42,461 bases of DNA from Aquificaceae bacterium. GTDB lineage: Bacteria > Aquificota > Aquificia > Aquificales > Aquificaceae. A program made the translations under genes and the position numbers. The stretch covers positions 1-42,461 of the forward strand of contig JBEPZX010000011.1 of the NCBI GenBank assembly GCA_041640635.1, given 5' to 3'. The notes beneath the pieces are model-generated. The model ran no database searches and was not told the DNA's origin. It was given only the letters and a program-made list of their open reading frames with translations. Below are positions 9,171 through 19,454 of this stretch, piece after piece; the stretch's first letter is position 1, and each line of letters starts with the position of its first letter.

Positions 9171-10552
9171 GGGCTTTAATACTTGCTGCAGGTTTAGGTA
9201 CCCGTTTTAGGAGTGATAAACCTAAGGTGCTTCATACTATCCTTGGTAAACCAATGATTTGGTATGTTATTAATCTTCTTAAAAATGCAGGTATATCAGA
9301 TATAGGTGTGGTTGTAGGATACAAAGCCGAGGAGGTGGTAAATGTTTTGGGAGATTCCAATATAAAAGTTTTTTACCAAAAAAATCCAAAGGGTGGAACT
9401 GGGGATGCTGTAATATCTGGTTTAGATCTTTGGAGAGACTATGAAGATTATATACTAGTGATCAACGGTGATTCACCTTTGGTCACATCTGAAACGCTAA
9501 AACAGATGCAGAGGTTTACATTACTTGTTCAAGAGTATGAGAAATTGACACCATCAGCTGTTCTACTCTCTTCCTTTTTACCAGATCCTACAGGATATGG
9601 CAGAATCATTAAAGATGACAAAGGGAATGTTATAAAAATCGTAGAAGAAAGGGATGCAAATTTTCAGGAGAAGCAGGTAAGAGAAATAAATGCAGGTTTA
9701 TACATATTCTATTCTCCACATCTTTTTGATGTAATATTTCACATAAAGCCGAGCAAAGAAACAGGGGAAATATACTTAACACAAGCAATAGAACTCATGG
9801 CTAATAAAGGTTACATAGTAAGAAGCTTTATGGCAAGCGATCCTACGGAAGTTTTGGGAGTAAACAATAGATGGGAACTGACTATAGCAGAAAATGTTAT
9901 CAGACTAAGATTGTTAAAATACTGGGCGGAAAAAGGTAACACCATACATCAACCTGAAAGCATATGGATAGAACCGGATGTAGTTTTGGAAGGTGATGTA
10001 GAAATATTTCCAAATGTAAGTTTAAAAGGTAAAACCCGCATAGGCAAAGGTTCAAAGATAGGAAATGGTGCAATCATCGAAGATAGCATCATAAGTGAGG
10101 ATGTTGTAGTGGATGCCTATTCCATTATAAGAAATTCTCAAATACGAAGTGGTGCTATCGTAGGTCCTTTTGCTCACGTAAGGGATGAAAGCATAGTAGG
10201 TGAAAATAGTCACGTAGGAAACTTTGTGGAAGTTAAAAAGTCTCAATTAAATAAAGATGTAAAAGCTAAGCATCTTACTTATATAGGAGATGCTTTTATA
10301 GGGAGTTCTACCAATATTGGGGCAGGTGTAGTCTTTGCCAACTTCGATGGAAAAAGAAAACATCAAACTCATGTAGGTAACAACGTTTTTGTAGGTAGCA
10401 ACTCGCTCTTGATTGCACCTCTGAAGATTGAGGACTTTGCGTTTATAGCAGGTGGTTCTATAGTAAGTAAAGATGTAAAAGCTGGAGATTTAGCTATATC
10501 TAGACCTAGACTCAGGATCTTAAAAGGTAAAGGTAAAGAAAAGCTTGTATGA
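9167..10552 (+). CDS. glmU: Bifunctional UDP-GlcNAc pyrophosphorylase / glucosamine-1-P acetyltransferase
   Basis: LAAGLGTR, PKVLH, GYGRII, GNFVEVK, HLTYIGDA, NIGAG. Confidence 0.96.
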   Translation: MRALILAAGLGTRFRSDKPKVLHTILGKPMIWYVINLLKNAGISDIGVVVGYKAEEVVNVLGDSNIKVFYQKNPKGGTGDAVISGLDLWRDYEDYILVINGDSPLVTSETLKQMQRFTLLVQEYEKLTPSAVLLSSFLPDPTGYGRIIKDDKGNVIKIVEERDANFQEKQVREINAGLYIFYSPHLFDVIFHIKPSKETGEIYLTQAIELMANKGYIVRSFMASDPTEVLGVNNRWELTIAENVIRLRLLKYWAEKGNTIHQPESIWIEPDVVLEGDVEIFPNVSLKGKTRIGKGSKIGNGAIIEDSIISEDVVVDAYSIIRNSQIRSGAIVGPFAHVRDESIVGENSHVGNFVEVKKSQLNKDVKAKHLTYIGDAFIGSSTNIGAGVVFANFDGKRKHQTHVGNNVFVGSNSLLIAPLKIEDFAFIAGGSIVSKDVKAGDLAISRPRLRILKGKGKEKLV

Positions 10553-10584
10553 AATAGAAAATGGTATAAAATATATAAACTTTA

Positions 10585-10658
10585 GAGCCGGTAGCTCAGC
10601 CAGGTAGAGCAACGGACTTTTAATCCGTGGGTCGAGGGTTCAAATCCCTCCCGGCTCA
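10585..10658 (+). tRNA. tRNA-Lys(TTT)
   Basis: Acceptor GAGCCGG/CCGGCTC-A, anticodon arm ACGGA-CTTTTAA-TCCGT, GGTTCAAATCC T-loop; no encoded CCA. Confidence 0.96.
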
Positions 10659-10673
10659 TTTATAATTTTAAGT

Positions 10674-11330
10674 ATGAGTATCTTCGTCATTTCAGCACCT
10701 TCCGGAACAGGAAAAACAACCATCGTAGAAAAATTACTAAAGGAAGGTGAAAGTCTCAGGATAAGGAGAGTGATAACCGCAACAACCAGAGCTAAGAGAG
10801 AAAGTGAAATTGAGGGAGTGGACTACATTTTTATGGATGTTGAATCCTTTAAAGAAGGAATTAAAAAAAATGAATTTCTAGAGTACGCTAACGTATATGG
10901 TAACTATTACGGTACACCTAAAAGTCAAGTTTTAAAAAACGAAGAAGAAAACTTCTCGTCCATTCTTGTAATAGATGTTCAGGGAGCAAAGAAGATTAAA
11001 GAGGTCAGACCCGATAGTTTACTTATATTTATCTTGCCTCCATCATTGCAAGAGCTTGAAAGAAGATTGTTAAGTAGGGGCTTTTTAGACAAGAACTTAC
11101 AAGAAAGGCTTAGATCAGTAAAAGAAGAAATAGCTTGCGCTAAATACTTTGATTACATAATACTTAACGATTATATTGATAACGCTGTGAAAGTTCTTAA
11201 GAGTATAATAATATCCCACATGCATAAAACTGAAACATTTACCAAAAATTTAGACTTTGTTATAAAAGATGAAGAAATGAGGAGATTGATAAAGGGTGAT
11301 TGTAAAATTTTTCATGGAGGTAAAGTATGA
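10674..11330 (+). CDS. gmk: Guanylate kinase
   Basis: SAPSGTGKTT, TTRAKR..E..GVDY.F, YYGT, IDVQGA. Confidence 0.96.
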   Translation: MSIFVISAPSGTGKTTIVEKLLKEGESLRIRRVITATTRAKRESEIEGVDYIFMDVESFKEGIKKNEFLEYANVYGNYYGTPKSQVLKNEEENFSSILVIDVQGAKKIKEVRPDSLLIFILPPSLQELERRLLSRGFLDKNLQERLRSVKEEIACAKYFDYIILNDYIDNAVKVLKSIIISHMHKTETFTKNLDFVIKDEEMRRLIKGDCKIFHGGKV

Positions 11331-11551
11331 GTGGAAGACCAAACATAGAGGAGGCAATTAAAAAAGTTAGTTCAAGGTATGAACTTGTATTAGCTGCGGC
11401 TAAAAGGACGCTACAGCTTATGAAAGAAAGTGATGATATTTTCTTAAAAGACAAGACAAGTGGAGCATTGATAAAGAAAACATTTCAGGCAATACAAGAT
11501 ATAGCTAATGATAAGGTGTATGTTGTAAGGAAGGGGGAAAATAATGACTAA
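11327..11551 (+). CDS. rpoZ: RNA polymerase omega subunit
   Basis: SRYELVLAAAKR; classic gmk-rpoZ linkage. Confidence 0.92.
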   Translation: MSGRPNIEEAIKKVSSRYELVLAAAKRTLQLMKESDDIFLKDKTSGALIKKTFQAIQDIANDKVYVVRKGENND

Positions 11552-11951
11552 GAGTTTTCTTTTTTTGCACATCCTATTTGTAACTGTATGGATAGGTGGT
11601 ATGGTTTTTACTTTACTATTTTTAAGGCCTGCTCTTGAAAGCTTAAGGAATAAGGAAGATAAGGTAGTATTTTTACAAAAACTTTACAATAGGTTTTTCT
11701 CGGCGGTTTGGTTATCTATATTTGTGCTTTTCTTAACTGGGATGTATTTATGGCATGGTTACAGACGAGATTTTAGTGAGAATATACTCTTTCATCTTAA
11801 ACTATTTCTTTTTTTACTCATGGTTTTAAACTTCTTTTACATATACTTTTTCCTGTTCAAGAAAGGAAGGTTTAGTCTTATTCCCAACCTAGTTTGGCTG
11901 AATTTGGTGTTTGGTGTATTAATCCTCATCACTATTACTTACATAAGATGA
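11544..11951 (+). CDS. Four-TM membrane protein, CopD/DUF4149-like
   Basis: FLHIL...WIGG..F...LRPAL, TG, KL motifs; hydrophobic helices. Confidence 0.65.
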   Translation: MTKSFLFLHILFVTVWIGGMVFTLLFLRPALESLRNKEDKVVFLQKLYNRFFSAVWLSIFVLFLTGMYLWHGYRRDFSENILFHLKLFLFLLMVLNFFYIYFFLFKKGRFSLIPNLVWLNLVFGVLILITITYIR

Positions 11952-13585
11952 AAAAGTTACTCCTTATATTAATATTTCTCTCTACAGCCTTTTCTCAAAA
12001 TCTTCCTAGAGAGTACCAGCTACTATTGGAGTTTTTTAGGACAAGAGATGTAAAATTAGGTTACAAGATTTTAGAAAATTATTCCGATGCTGTATTCATA
12101 CAAGATGTTAGAGTATTGGTTGCTGATGAGTTGCGTAAGCAATCACAAAGAAATGAGAGTCTAAAGATCCTAAGAGACATAGATCCAAAGAAGCTTCGTC
12201 CTGATTTGAAAAATGTATACAAAAACCTATGGGTAAATTACAAACTTGATTTAAGTGAAGCCTTTATGAAAGATCCTGCTCTTTTTGCTGAGTTTGCGCA
12301 ACAAGTAAAGATAGATGAAAACAAAGCTAGAGACATTTTCAAGGAGTTGTTCGATAAAAGGTACTATAAAACTATAGTTACTCTCTATGAGAATCATTCT
12401 TATACACACCTGTGTGATATCTACGGTGCAGCTCTTTACAGGCTTAAGGATGATAGAGCTTTGGAAGTCTTAAGAAATTGCCAAAGAACAGATCTAAGAG
12501 ATGAGTATCTTGCTAGGGCATACTTTAATATGGGAGATGAAGCTTCTTTACGGAGTATGGTTGAAGATAACAGTAACGTATCCTTATTTGTGGGTAAGCT
12601 ATTCCTTTTTCAAGGCAATTATAATAAAGCCCTAGAGTTCTTAGAAAAATCTACAGACTCTTACGAAAAGTATTTCAATTTAGGTCTTGTCAATTACATA
12701 TTACATAGGTATGATGAAGCTGTAAATTACTTTAAGCAAAGCCTTTTGCATACCCGTCTATCTCAGGAAATAGCCAAATCCAACTTTTGGATATCAAAGA
12801 GCTATGTTGCTTTAGGAATGCAAGAGACATCTACAAAGTACCTTTTCCAAAGTTCAAAAGGGAGTGGTTTTTACTCTATAGTAGCCAAATCTTATTTAGG
12901 AGAGCCAATAGCTAGCAATATACTCCTAAGGATATCTTCTGAAGAGTTTCCTAAAACTGCAATAATCCTAAAGTCTATAAATGAATCAGGTTTTCCATAT
13001 TATGCACGTTTAGAGGCTTTTAGAAGGATTAAAGATATAACACCATCAGATATAATAGAGATATCTAAATTTGATACCTTCCTTGGTATTAGATTGGCTG
13101 CTAGAAAATATGGGGTAAGATCAGATATTTACAGTGTAGTAGCTTTTCCAAAGCCTTACGCTTCTTATGTTATGTTTTATTCAAATAAATACAATATAGA
13201 CCCCAACCTGGTTCTGGCTATTATGAGACAAGAGAGTTTGTTCGATCCACAAGCTACATCTGTAGCTAATGCTAGAGGTCTTATGCAGCTGATAGACAGT
13301 ACAGCTAAATGGATGGCTCAAAGGGAAGGCATAGTTCTAAAAAATGTTTACGATATAGAGACTAACATAAATCTTGGAACTGCATATATTAGATATCTTA
13401 TGGATTATTGGAATGGGGATATAACAAGAGTTATAGCCAGCTATAACGCAGGAGAAAATAGAGTCAGATCCTTTATCCAGTATTCTGACCCTTATCTGTT
13501 CATAGAAACTATACCTCTCCATGAGACGCGTAACTATGTTAAGAATGTTTTGTATAATTACTACATTTACTCTTCTTTAAACTAA
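11948..13585 (+). CDS. slt: Soluble lytic transglycosylase (TPR repeats + SLT domain)
   Basis: Signal peptide from ATG 11948 (ATGA overlap), AIMRQESLF, ARGLMQL, ASYNAG, ETRNYV. Confidence 0.9.
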   Translation: MKKLLLILIFLSTAFSQNLPREYQLLLEFFRTRDVKLGYKILENYSDAVFIQDVRVLVADELRKQSQRNESLKILRDIDPKKLRPDLKNVYKNLWVNYKLDLSEAFMKDPALFAEFAQQVKIDENKARDIFKELFDKRYYKTIVTLYENHSYTHLCDIYGAALYRLKDDRALEVLRNCQRTDLRDEYLARAYFNMGDEASLRSMVEDNSNVSLFVGKLFLFQGNYNKALEFLEKSTDSYEKYFNLGLVNYILHRYDEAVNYFKQSLLHTRLSQEIAKSNFWISKSYVALGMQETSTKYLFQSSKGSGFYSIVAKSYLGEPIASNILLRISSEEFPKTAIILKSINESGFPYYARLEAFRRIKDITPSDIIEISKFDTFLGIRLAARKYGVRSDIYSVVAFPKPYASYVMFYSNKYNIDPNLVLAIMRQESLFDPQATSVANARGLMQLIDSTAKWMAQREGIVLKNVYDIETNINLGTAYIRYLMDYWNGDITRVIASYNAGENRVRSFIQYSDPYLFIETIPLHETRNYVKNVLYNYYIYSSLN

Positions 13586-13602
13586 CATAGTGGAGGTAAA
13601 AC

Positions 13603-14046
13603 ATGTTAACAAAAAAAGAACTTGAAGATCTAAAACTTCTTCTCTTGGAAGAAAAGGAAAAACTCTTAGACCGCTATAGAAAAAAAGAAGACACTCAATC
13701 TCGTATAGAAGAAGAAGTAAAGGAACCTGGGGATTTGGAAGATCTTAGTCAAATGACTTACACACAGGAGCTTTTAGATAATCTCTCCGGTAGAGAAATG
13801 TTCATAATCAGAGAGATAGATTATGCTCTTCAAAAGATGCAAGCAGGAACTTATGGAATATGCGAATATTGTGGAGAACCTATACCTTATGAGAGATTAA
13901 AAGCTATACCTTGGACACGCTACCATGCCCACTGTGCAGAAAAAGTGGAACAAGAGGGTATTATTCCAACATACACGGTACCTACCTTCGAAGCAACCAT
14001 ACCAGAAGATATAGAGATTCAGAGAGAAGATATAACGGAGGCATGA
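13603..14046 (+). CDS. dksA: DksA/TraR-family zinc-finger protein
   Basis: Coiled coil with D..D tip, GTYGICEYCGEPIPYERL.AIPW..YHAHC. Confidence 0.88.
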   Translation: MLTKKELEDLKLLLLEEKEKLLDRYRKKEDTQSRIEEEVKEPGDLEDLSQMTYTQELLDNLSGREMFIIREIDYALQKMQAGTYGICEYCGEPIPYERLKAIPWTRYHAHCAEKVEQEGIIPTYTVPTFEATIPEDIEIQREDITEA

Positions 14047-15200
14047 ACTTTTTTGAATTTTATTTGCCAGTAGAAATTCTATTTGGGTGGGGAAGTCTAC
14101 AAAAGCTTGGACATGTAGCTAAGCGTTTTGGTTTTAAAGCTATTATAGTAACTGGTAAATCTTCAACGAAAAAACACGGTTACTTAGATAAAACTATAGA
14201 ATTTCTAAGGAAAAATGGTGTAAGTGAGATAATCGTATTTGATGAAGTAGAACCTAATCCTACGGACAAAATGGTGAATCGTGCAAGCCAAGTAGTTGTA
14301 GAAGAAAAAGTAGATTTTATAGTGGGTCTAGGTGGAGGAAGTTCTTTAGATAGTGCCAAAGCTATTTCTATTGTTTCATCCAACGAAGGCTACGCTTGGG
14401 ATTATGTAAATTATCCAGAAGGTCCCCGACTTATTCCTTTTTTAAACAGACCTGTTATTTGTATTCCAACTACCGCAGGTACAGGCTCAGAGGTAAATAG
14501 ATACTCCGTAATTTCCAATCCCATAAGAAAAGAAAAACTTGTTATATCCCACTCTTTGAACTATCCAAAGGTAGCTATAGTTGATCCTTCCTTGACAGTA
14601 AGTATGGACAGAAAATTGACGGCTATTACAGGAGTAGATGCCTTTATGCACGCCTTGGAATCTTTAACCAATAAAGCTTATAACCCTCTCGCAGATGAGC
14701 TGGCAATGAAGGCTATAAAAATTATAAAGGAATGGCTACCTGTGGCAATAGAAGAACCAAACAACAAAGAAGCTAGAACTCAGATGGCTTATGCTAGTAT
14801 GTTAGCCGGTATTGCTATAGATAAAAAAAGAGTAGCTTTAATACATGCTATGGAGCATCCTGTATCCGCTCATTATCCAGAGATAGCTCACGGTGAAGGT
14901 TTAGCAGCTTTAGCTGTAGCTGTTACTAAATTCAATTATTCGGGTAATCCAGATAAGTATGCTTTATTTGCCCAATTAATGGGGTACGATAGCAAAGCAC
15001 ACAGAGCAGTTGATGCAGTGGAAGAGTTTCTAGAAAAGGTAGGTATGAGGGTAAGTCTGAAGGACCTAAATGTTGAAAAAGACAAACTTGAAAGATTAGC
15101 AGAGGATGTTTATATGACAGCTAGAGGAATATTTTTGATAAATCCCGTTGAACCATCTATAGATGATGTTTACAAAATTTATCAAGAAGCCTACATTTAA
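14043..15200 (+). CDS. Iron-containing alcohol dehydrogenase
   Basis: VEPNP, GGGSSLD, PTTAGTGSE, DA..H, H..EH, HG; start at ATG 14043 (ATGA overlap). Confidence 0.92.
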   Translation: MNFFEFYLPVEILFGWGSLQKLGHVAKRFGFKAIIVTGKSSTKKHGYLDKTIEFLRKNGVSEIIVFDEVEPNPTDKMVNRASQVVVEEKVDFIVGLGGGSSLDSAKAISIVSSNEGYAWDYVNYPEGPRLIPFLNRPVICIPTTAGTGSEVNRYSVISNPIRKEKLVISHSLNYPKVAIVDPSLTVSMDRKLTAITGVDAFMHALESLTNKAYNPLADELAMKAIKIIKEWLPVAIEEPNNKEARTQMAYASMLAGIAIDKKRVALIHAMEHPVSAHYPEIAHGEGLAALAVAVTKFNYSGNPDKYALFAQLMGYDSKAHRAVDAVEEFLEKVGMRVSLKDLNVEKDKLERLAEDVYMTARGIFLINPVEPSIDDVYKIYQEAYI

Positions 15201-15205
15201 ATTTA

Positions 15206-15913
15206 ATGAGTATTTCCGTAGAAATATGGAGAAATAATGGGTGGTTTTCTTATAATCTGAATCTTGATCCAAATAAATCGTTGACTGTATTGGATATCTT
15301 AAACATAATAAAGGAAGAACTAGATCCTACTATAAGCTATAGAAGCATGTGTAGGTCAGGAATTTGTGGCACTTGTGCTGTAAGAGTAAACTCGAGACCA
15401 GTGTTAGCTTGCAAAACGGGAATAATTGAATTTGGTGATGTTTTAAAAATAGAACCTTTATTTGGTTTGCCTGTTGTAAAGGATCTTGTAGTAGATCATG
15501 AGGTTTTGGTAAGTAGGATAAAAGGTATAAGCCTTAAAGAAGGTAAAAAATCTAAAGTTTTGTATCCTGAAGACATACAAAAACTAGAGAAGAGCTTTGA
15601 GTGTATACTCTGCGGGGTATGTGATTCAGTATGCCCAGTAATTTTGGAAGCCCCTTATTTTGGTGGTCCCATGGCTTTCTTGAGATCTTATAAACACTTG
15701 GTGAATAAGTACGAAGAAAGCACGCAAGATATTGGTAACTTGTTAAAGAAAAAGTTTATCAATCTTTGCACACATTGCAAGAACTGTTCTATCGCATGTC
15801 CTAGATTTTTATATCCAGAGCAAGCCATATCTCAAGAGGAAGAAATACTAATTAGCATGGGCATAATAGCAAAACCTAATCAACAATCGGGTTTTGACTT
15901 TCTCAGTTTTTAG
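15206..15913 (+). CDS. frdB: Succinate dehydrogenase / fumarate reductase iron-sulfur subunit
   Basis: CRSGICGTC...LAC (2Fe-2S), VKDLVVD, CILCGVCDSVCP, CTHCKNCSIACP. Confidence 0.85.
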   Translation: MSISVEIWRNNGWFSYNLNLDPNKSLTVLDILNIIKEELDPTISYRSMCRSGICGTCAVRVNSRPVLACKTGIIEFGDVLKIEPLFGLPVVKDLVVDHEVLVSRIKGISLKEGKKSKVLYPEDIQKLEKSFECILCGVCDSVCPVILEAPYFGGPMAFLRSYKHLVNKYEESTQDIGNLLKKKFINLCTHCKNCSIACPRFLYPEQAISQEEEILISMGIIAKPNQQSGFDFLSF

Positions 15914-15940
15914 TTTATCTCTTACTGTATAATTTCCAAG

Positions 15941-16684
15941 ATGGTATACGTATTGGTCTTTTTCCTTTTGCTCTTCTCGTGTGGTATAAAAGCAGACACT
16001 CAGGTACTTCCTTTACCAGAAACGGAAGTAAGACGTATAGGTAATAAGGTTTACGTTTTGAGCTTGAAGGATCAAATAGTAGTTGAGAATTTTCAAAAGA
16101 GGGAAAATATCTTTTACACAGAAAGCTCCAACGCTTTTTGTTTTAAAGTAAAAGGTGTAAACACTAGGAGTAAAAAACAGTGTGTAGAAGAAGCCTTAAT
16201 GCAGACGCCCAAGTTTGTTGTTAGAGATTTAGGAGATAAAATCCTTCTTGAGGCATCGGGTTTTGATACATTTGCCCTTTATCCATACTTAGACGGAGAT
16301 CTTGATATCTTAAATAGAAAGCAAATACCAAAGGAGTATGAAATAAGCAAAGACTACTCAAAAAAATGCTACGCTTTAACTGGCGTGGCAGGCAACAGAG
16401 AGTCTTTACCAGTTACATTTTGCATAGATGCAAAACCTATACCACGTGTGGAAGATGTGGATGCTTTGGAATATAGAGTGGTGAATGATAGACTCTTTCT
16501 TATATGGTCTTACAGAGAGGATTACGAATCTTTTGTGATATACCAAGGTGACAAAATACTAGGTCAAACGAAGGGGTTTTTGTTTGAAGTTCAAAAGCCC
16601 TCTTCTGAAGTCAAATTCACTGTAAGGGTAAAGACAAAGGAAGGTTTCTTGAGTGGTGGGCGAAGCATAACTTACAGCCCATAG
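15941..16684 (+). CDS. Hypothetical lipoprotein, beta-rich (FN3-like C-terminus)
   Basis: Lipobox LFSC-G; C-terminal L.W...F.VRVK pattern. Confidence 0.6.
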   Translation: MVYVLVFFLLLFSCGIKADTQVLPLPETEVRRIGNKVYVLSLKDQIVVENFQKRENIFYTESSNAFCFKVKGVNTRSKKQCVEEALMQTPKFVVRDLGDKILLEASGFDTFALYPYLDGDLDILNRKQIPKEYEISKDYSKKCYALTGVAGNRESLPVTFCIDAKPIPRVEDVDALEYRVVNDRLFLIWSYREDYESFVIYQGDKILGQTKGFLFEVQKPSSEVKFTVRVKTKEGFLSGGRSITYSP

Positions 16685-18099
16685 TAGCTAGCTATGGCGG
16701 CGGATATTGCCAAAGCTAAATCTTCAGGATCGAATACACCTTCTACCTCAAAGTCATACGTTGGAAGCTTGGTTTCTAGGAATTTTATACCAAAGTAACC
16801 ACTTCTAAAATCTTCATCCCTAATAATTTCTCTATGTAAAGGTATGTTTGTAGGAACACCTCTTATGATGAATTCATCTATGGACCTTCTCGCTCTTTCT
16901 AGCACCCTATCCCAAGACAAAGCCCACACAGAAAGTTTTGCTATCATAGAATCGTAATAGGGAGGTATGGTGTAATCTTTGTAAACGGCAGAGTCCATTC
17001 TTACACCTGGTCCACCTGGAGAGTAGTAAGCTGTTATCTTACCAGGCGCAGGTGCAAAGTTCCTTTTCGGATCTTCCGCATTTATTCTAAACTCCATGGC
17101 ATAGCCTCTAAAACTTACATCGTTTTGAGAAAACTCCAAAGGTTCTCCCATAGCGATCTTTATCATTTGCTCAACTATGTCTATGCCTGTTACCATTTCC
17201 GTAATGGTGTGCTCTACCTGTAGTCTTGTATTCATTTCTATGAAGTAAAATTCTTTAGTGTTCAAATCCACTAGAAATTCAAGAGTCCCAGCACTCTCAT
17301 ATCCTACTTGCATCATAGCTCTGACGCTCAAACCTAACATCTTCTTCCTTAAACTGTTGGGCAAGACTGGACAAGGCGTTATCTCTATAATTTTTTGGTG
17401 CTTTCTCTGTATGGAACAGTCTCTCTCTCCAAGGTGTATGACATTTCCATATTTATCTCCAAGTATTTGGATCTCTATGTGTTTAGGATTTTCCAGGTAT
17501 TTTTCTATAAAAAGGTCACCTTTTCCAAAAAATGTTTGAGCTTCCCTGTATGCTGACTCGAATAGAGAAGGAAATTCTTTTTCATCCTTCACCACACGCA
17601 TACCTCTACCACCACCGCCGTACGCCGATTTTAAAATTACTGGAAAGCCTATTTCTTTTGCATGTTTAAGAGCTTCCTTGTAGTCACTCAGAGGCTCATC
17701 TACACCGGGTACAGTAGGAAGCCCTAGCTCCTTCATCTTTCTTCTTGCTTTAACTTTGTTACCAAATAGTTCTATGTGCTCGGGTTTAGGACCGATAAAA
17801 ATTATTCCGTTTTTTATACAATACCTTGCAAAATCCGCATTTTCTGCTAAAAATCCATACCCTGGATGTATGGCATCTGCTCCTATAGACTTGGCTAAAT
17901 TAACTATTTTTCTATAATCCAAGTATGCTCTTATTGGATCTCCAGGTATTAGGTAAGCTTCGTCCGCCTTTTTGACGTACAAAGCTTGGGAATCGGCTTC
18001 TGAGTATATGGCTACCGTTTTTATACCAAGTTCTTTACATGCTCTTATTATCCTTGTAGCTACCTCACCTCTGTTTGCTATTAAGACCTTTTTTATCAT
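16672..18099 (-). CDS. Biotin carboxylase subunit, most like pyruvate carboxylase subunit A (two-subunit PYC/OGC type)
   Basis: IANRGE, HPGYGFLAEN, GGGGRG, ERDCSIQR, EMNTRLQVEH; C-terminal LALAISAAIASYYGL tail absent from E. coli-type AccC. Confidence 0.88.
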   Translation of the reverse strand: MIKKVLIANRGEVATRIIRACKELGIKTVAIYSEADSQALYVKKADEAYLIPGDPIRAYLDYRKIVNLAKSIGADAIHPGYGFLAENADFARYCIKNGIIFIGPKPEHIELFGNKVKARRKMKELGLPTVPGVDEPLSDYKEALKHAKEIGFPVILKSAYGGGGRGMRVVKDEKEFPSLFESAYREAQTFFGKGDLFIEKYLENPKHIEIQILGDKYGNVIHLGERDCSIQRKHQKIIEITPCPVLPNSLRKKMLGLSVRAMMQVGYESAGTLEFLVDLNTKEFYFIEMNTRLQVEHTITEMVTGIDIVEQMIKIAMGEPLEFSQNDVSFRGYAMEFRINAEDPKRNFAPAPGKITAYYSPGGPGVRMDSAVYKDYTIPPYYDSMIAKLSVWALSWDRVLERARRSIDEFIIRGVPTNIPLHREIIRDEDFRSGYFGIKFLETKLPTYDFEVEGVFDPEDLALAISAAIASYYGL

Positions 18100-18122
18100 A
18101 AGCTAAAATTTTAACTGACTTT

Positions 18123-19454
18123 CTACCTATTACCTAAGTAAACGAGTTTTATCTTTCCATTGTTGTATTCTTTTACTATAACTTCGCTAATCATGGAATC
18201 ACACAAAATCACGTAGTTGGCATCTGGGGTTAATCTGTGAACCTTTAGCGGTTTGTCTCGTAGTATACCCAAATACAGACACACACTTTTGTATTGGCTG
18301 CACTGGCAAGCTACCTGGGAGTTCTTTACCAAAGAATGCATATCCAAAGCTATATTTTTAGGCGATGTTTCCCTTTGTGCGTAGTATGGAAAGAACACCA
18401 TACCGTATACAAATCTAAAAAAGATGGTCAAACCTATGGTAAAGTAAAGTAACTTTTTAAACTTTGGCTGATGGACTTGGTTTATAAAGTGTGCAAAAAT
18501 TATAGCCAAAAGTGGATAAAGGGGGATTACATACCTTCCTTCCGCTTTTGAGAGCGCATAAGGGATGTAATTTGCAATCAGCAAAAGCAAGAGAAGCCTA
18601 ACCTGATTGGGAACGCTTAGAGCTCTTTCTCTGTGGAGTGTGTACAGAGCAATAGGTGCTATTAAGCTCCAAGGTAGTGTATCCTTTAGTGTAATAAGCA
18701 CATAGGTAAAAGCGTGTTTTAATCTGTTGAACTCTTCGTTGGATACTCTCGAAAAGCTCTCGTAGAAGAGTCTATTTAGGTAAAGGTTGGGTTCTGGTGT
18801 GCTCAAAATCCACACCAAAGGTATAAGTAGTGTTAAAAGATGTGCTATTACTGCATACTTTGAAAAAAGCAGTTTAATGTTTCGAAAGTAAACACCTAAA
18901 ACCAGAAGACTTATACCATAAAAAGCGTAAGCTGGAAAACCTTTAAGCAAAGAAGAAAGAGCTACCAGCACACTTGCAAGGAACAAAAATTTAACAGATT
19001 GCTTTATGTAGTATAAATAAAGACTGTATATCATGAAGGAGACAAAAAAGGTAAGTGTTATGTCTATCTCTCCCAAGTAGCCATAGAAAAATAGCACGTT
19101 GCCAAAGGTTAGGAAAATAAGCGAAGCTAGAAGAGAAAGATGGGTATTTCTAAAAAGTGAGTAAGAAAAAGCAAAGGTAACTGCCATCGTTAGAATAAGG
19201 AAAGTCAATGAAACAGCTCTTACTGTTATTTCGCTCCAGGAAAATACTTTGGAGTATAGAACTATAAGCCAATTAAATAGTGGAGGTTTGTTAAAGTATA
19301 GTTCTCCCAGGAAGGTGGGTTGAATGTAGTTACCACTGTGAAACATCTCATACTCTACGATCACTCTCAGAGACTCTTCTCCCCTAAATGGATACATATT
19401 TAAATTCACCACAAGAGCCAAAAAAGACACAATTATAAAGACCAAGTAAACCAT
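18123..19454 (-). CDS. ArnT/PMT-family (GT-C) membrane glycosyltransferase
   Basis: EE.LR, YFNKPPLFNW, LLKG, RY..PLYP; many TM helices. Confidence 0.85.
   Translation of the reverse strand: MVYLVFIIVSFLALVVNLNMYPFRGEESLRVIVEYEMFHSGNYIQPTFLGELYFNKPPLFNWLIVLYSKVFSWSEITVRAVSLTFLILTMAVTFAFSYSLFRNTHLSLLASLIFLTFGNVLFFYGYLGEIDITLTFFVSFMIYSLYLYYIKQSVKFLFLASVLVALSSLLKGFPAYAFYGISLLVLGVYFRNIKLLFSKYAVIAHLLTLLIPLVWILSTPEPNLYLNRLFYESFSRVSNEEFNRLKHAFTYVLITLKDTLPWSLIAPIALYTLHRERALSVPNQVRLLLLLLIANYIPYALSKAEGRYVIPLYPLLAIIFAHFINQVHQPKFKKLLYFTIGLTIFFRFVYGMVFFPYYAQRETSPKNIALDMHSLVKNSQVACQCSQYKSVCLYLGILRDKPLKVHRLTPDANYVILCDSMISEVIVKEYNNGKIKLVYLGNR

Noticed and set aside
11894..14042. Upstream extensions of slt (11894) and the Fe-ADH (13911)
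   Set aside because: They overlap upstream genes; ATGA-coupled starts at 11948 and 14043 give the expected N-termini.
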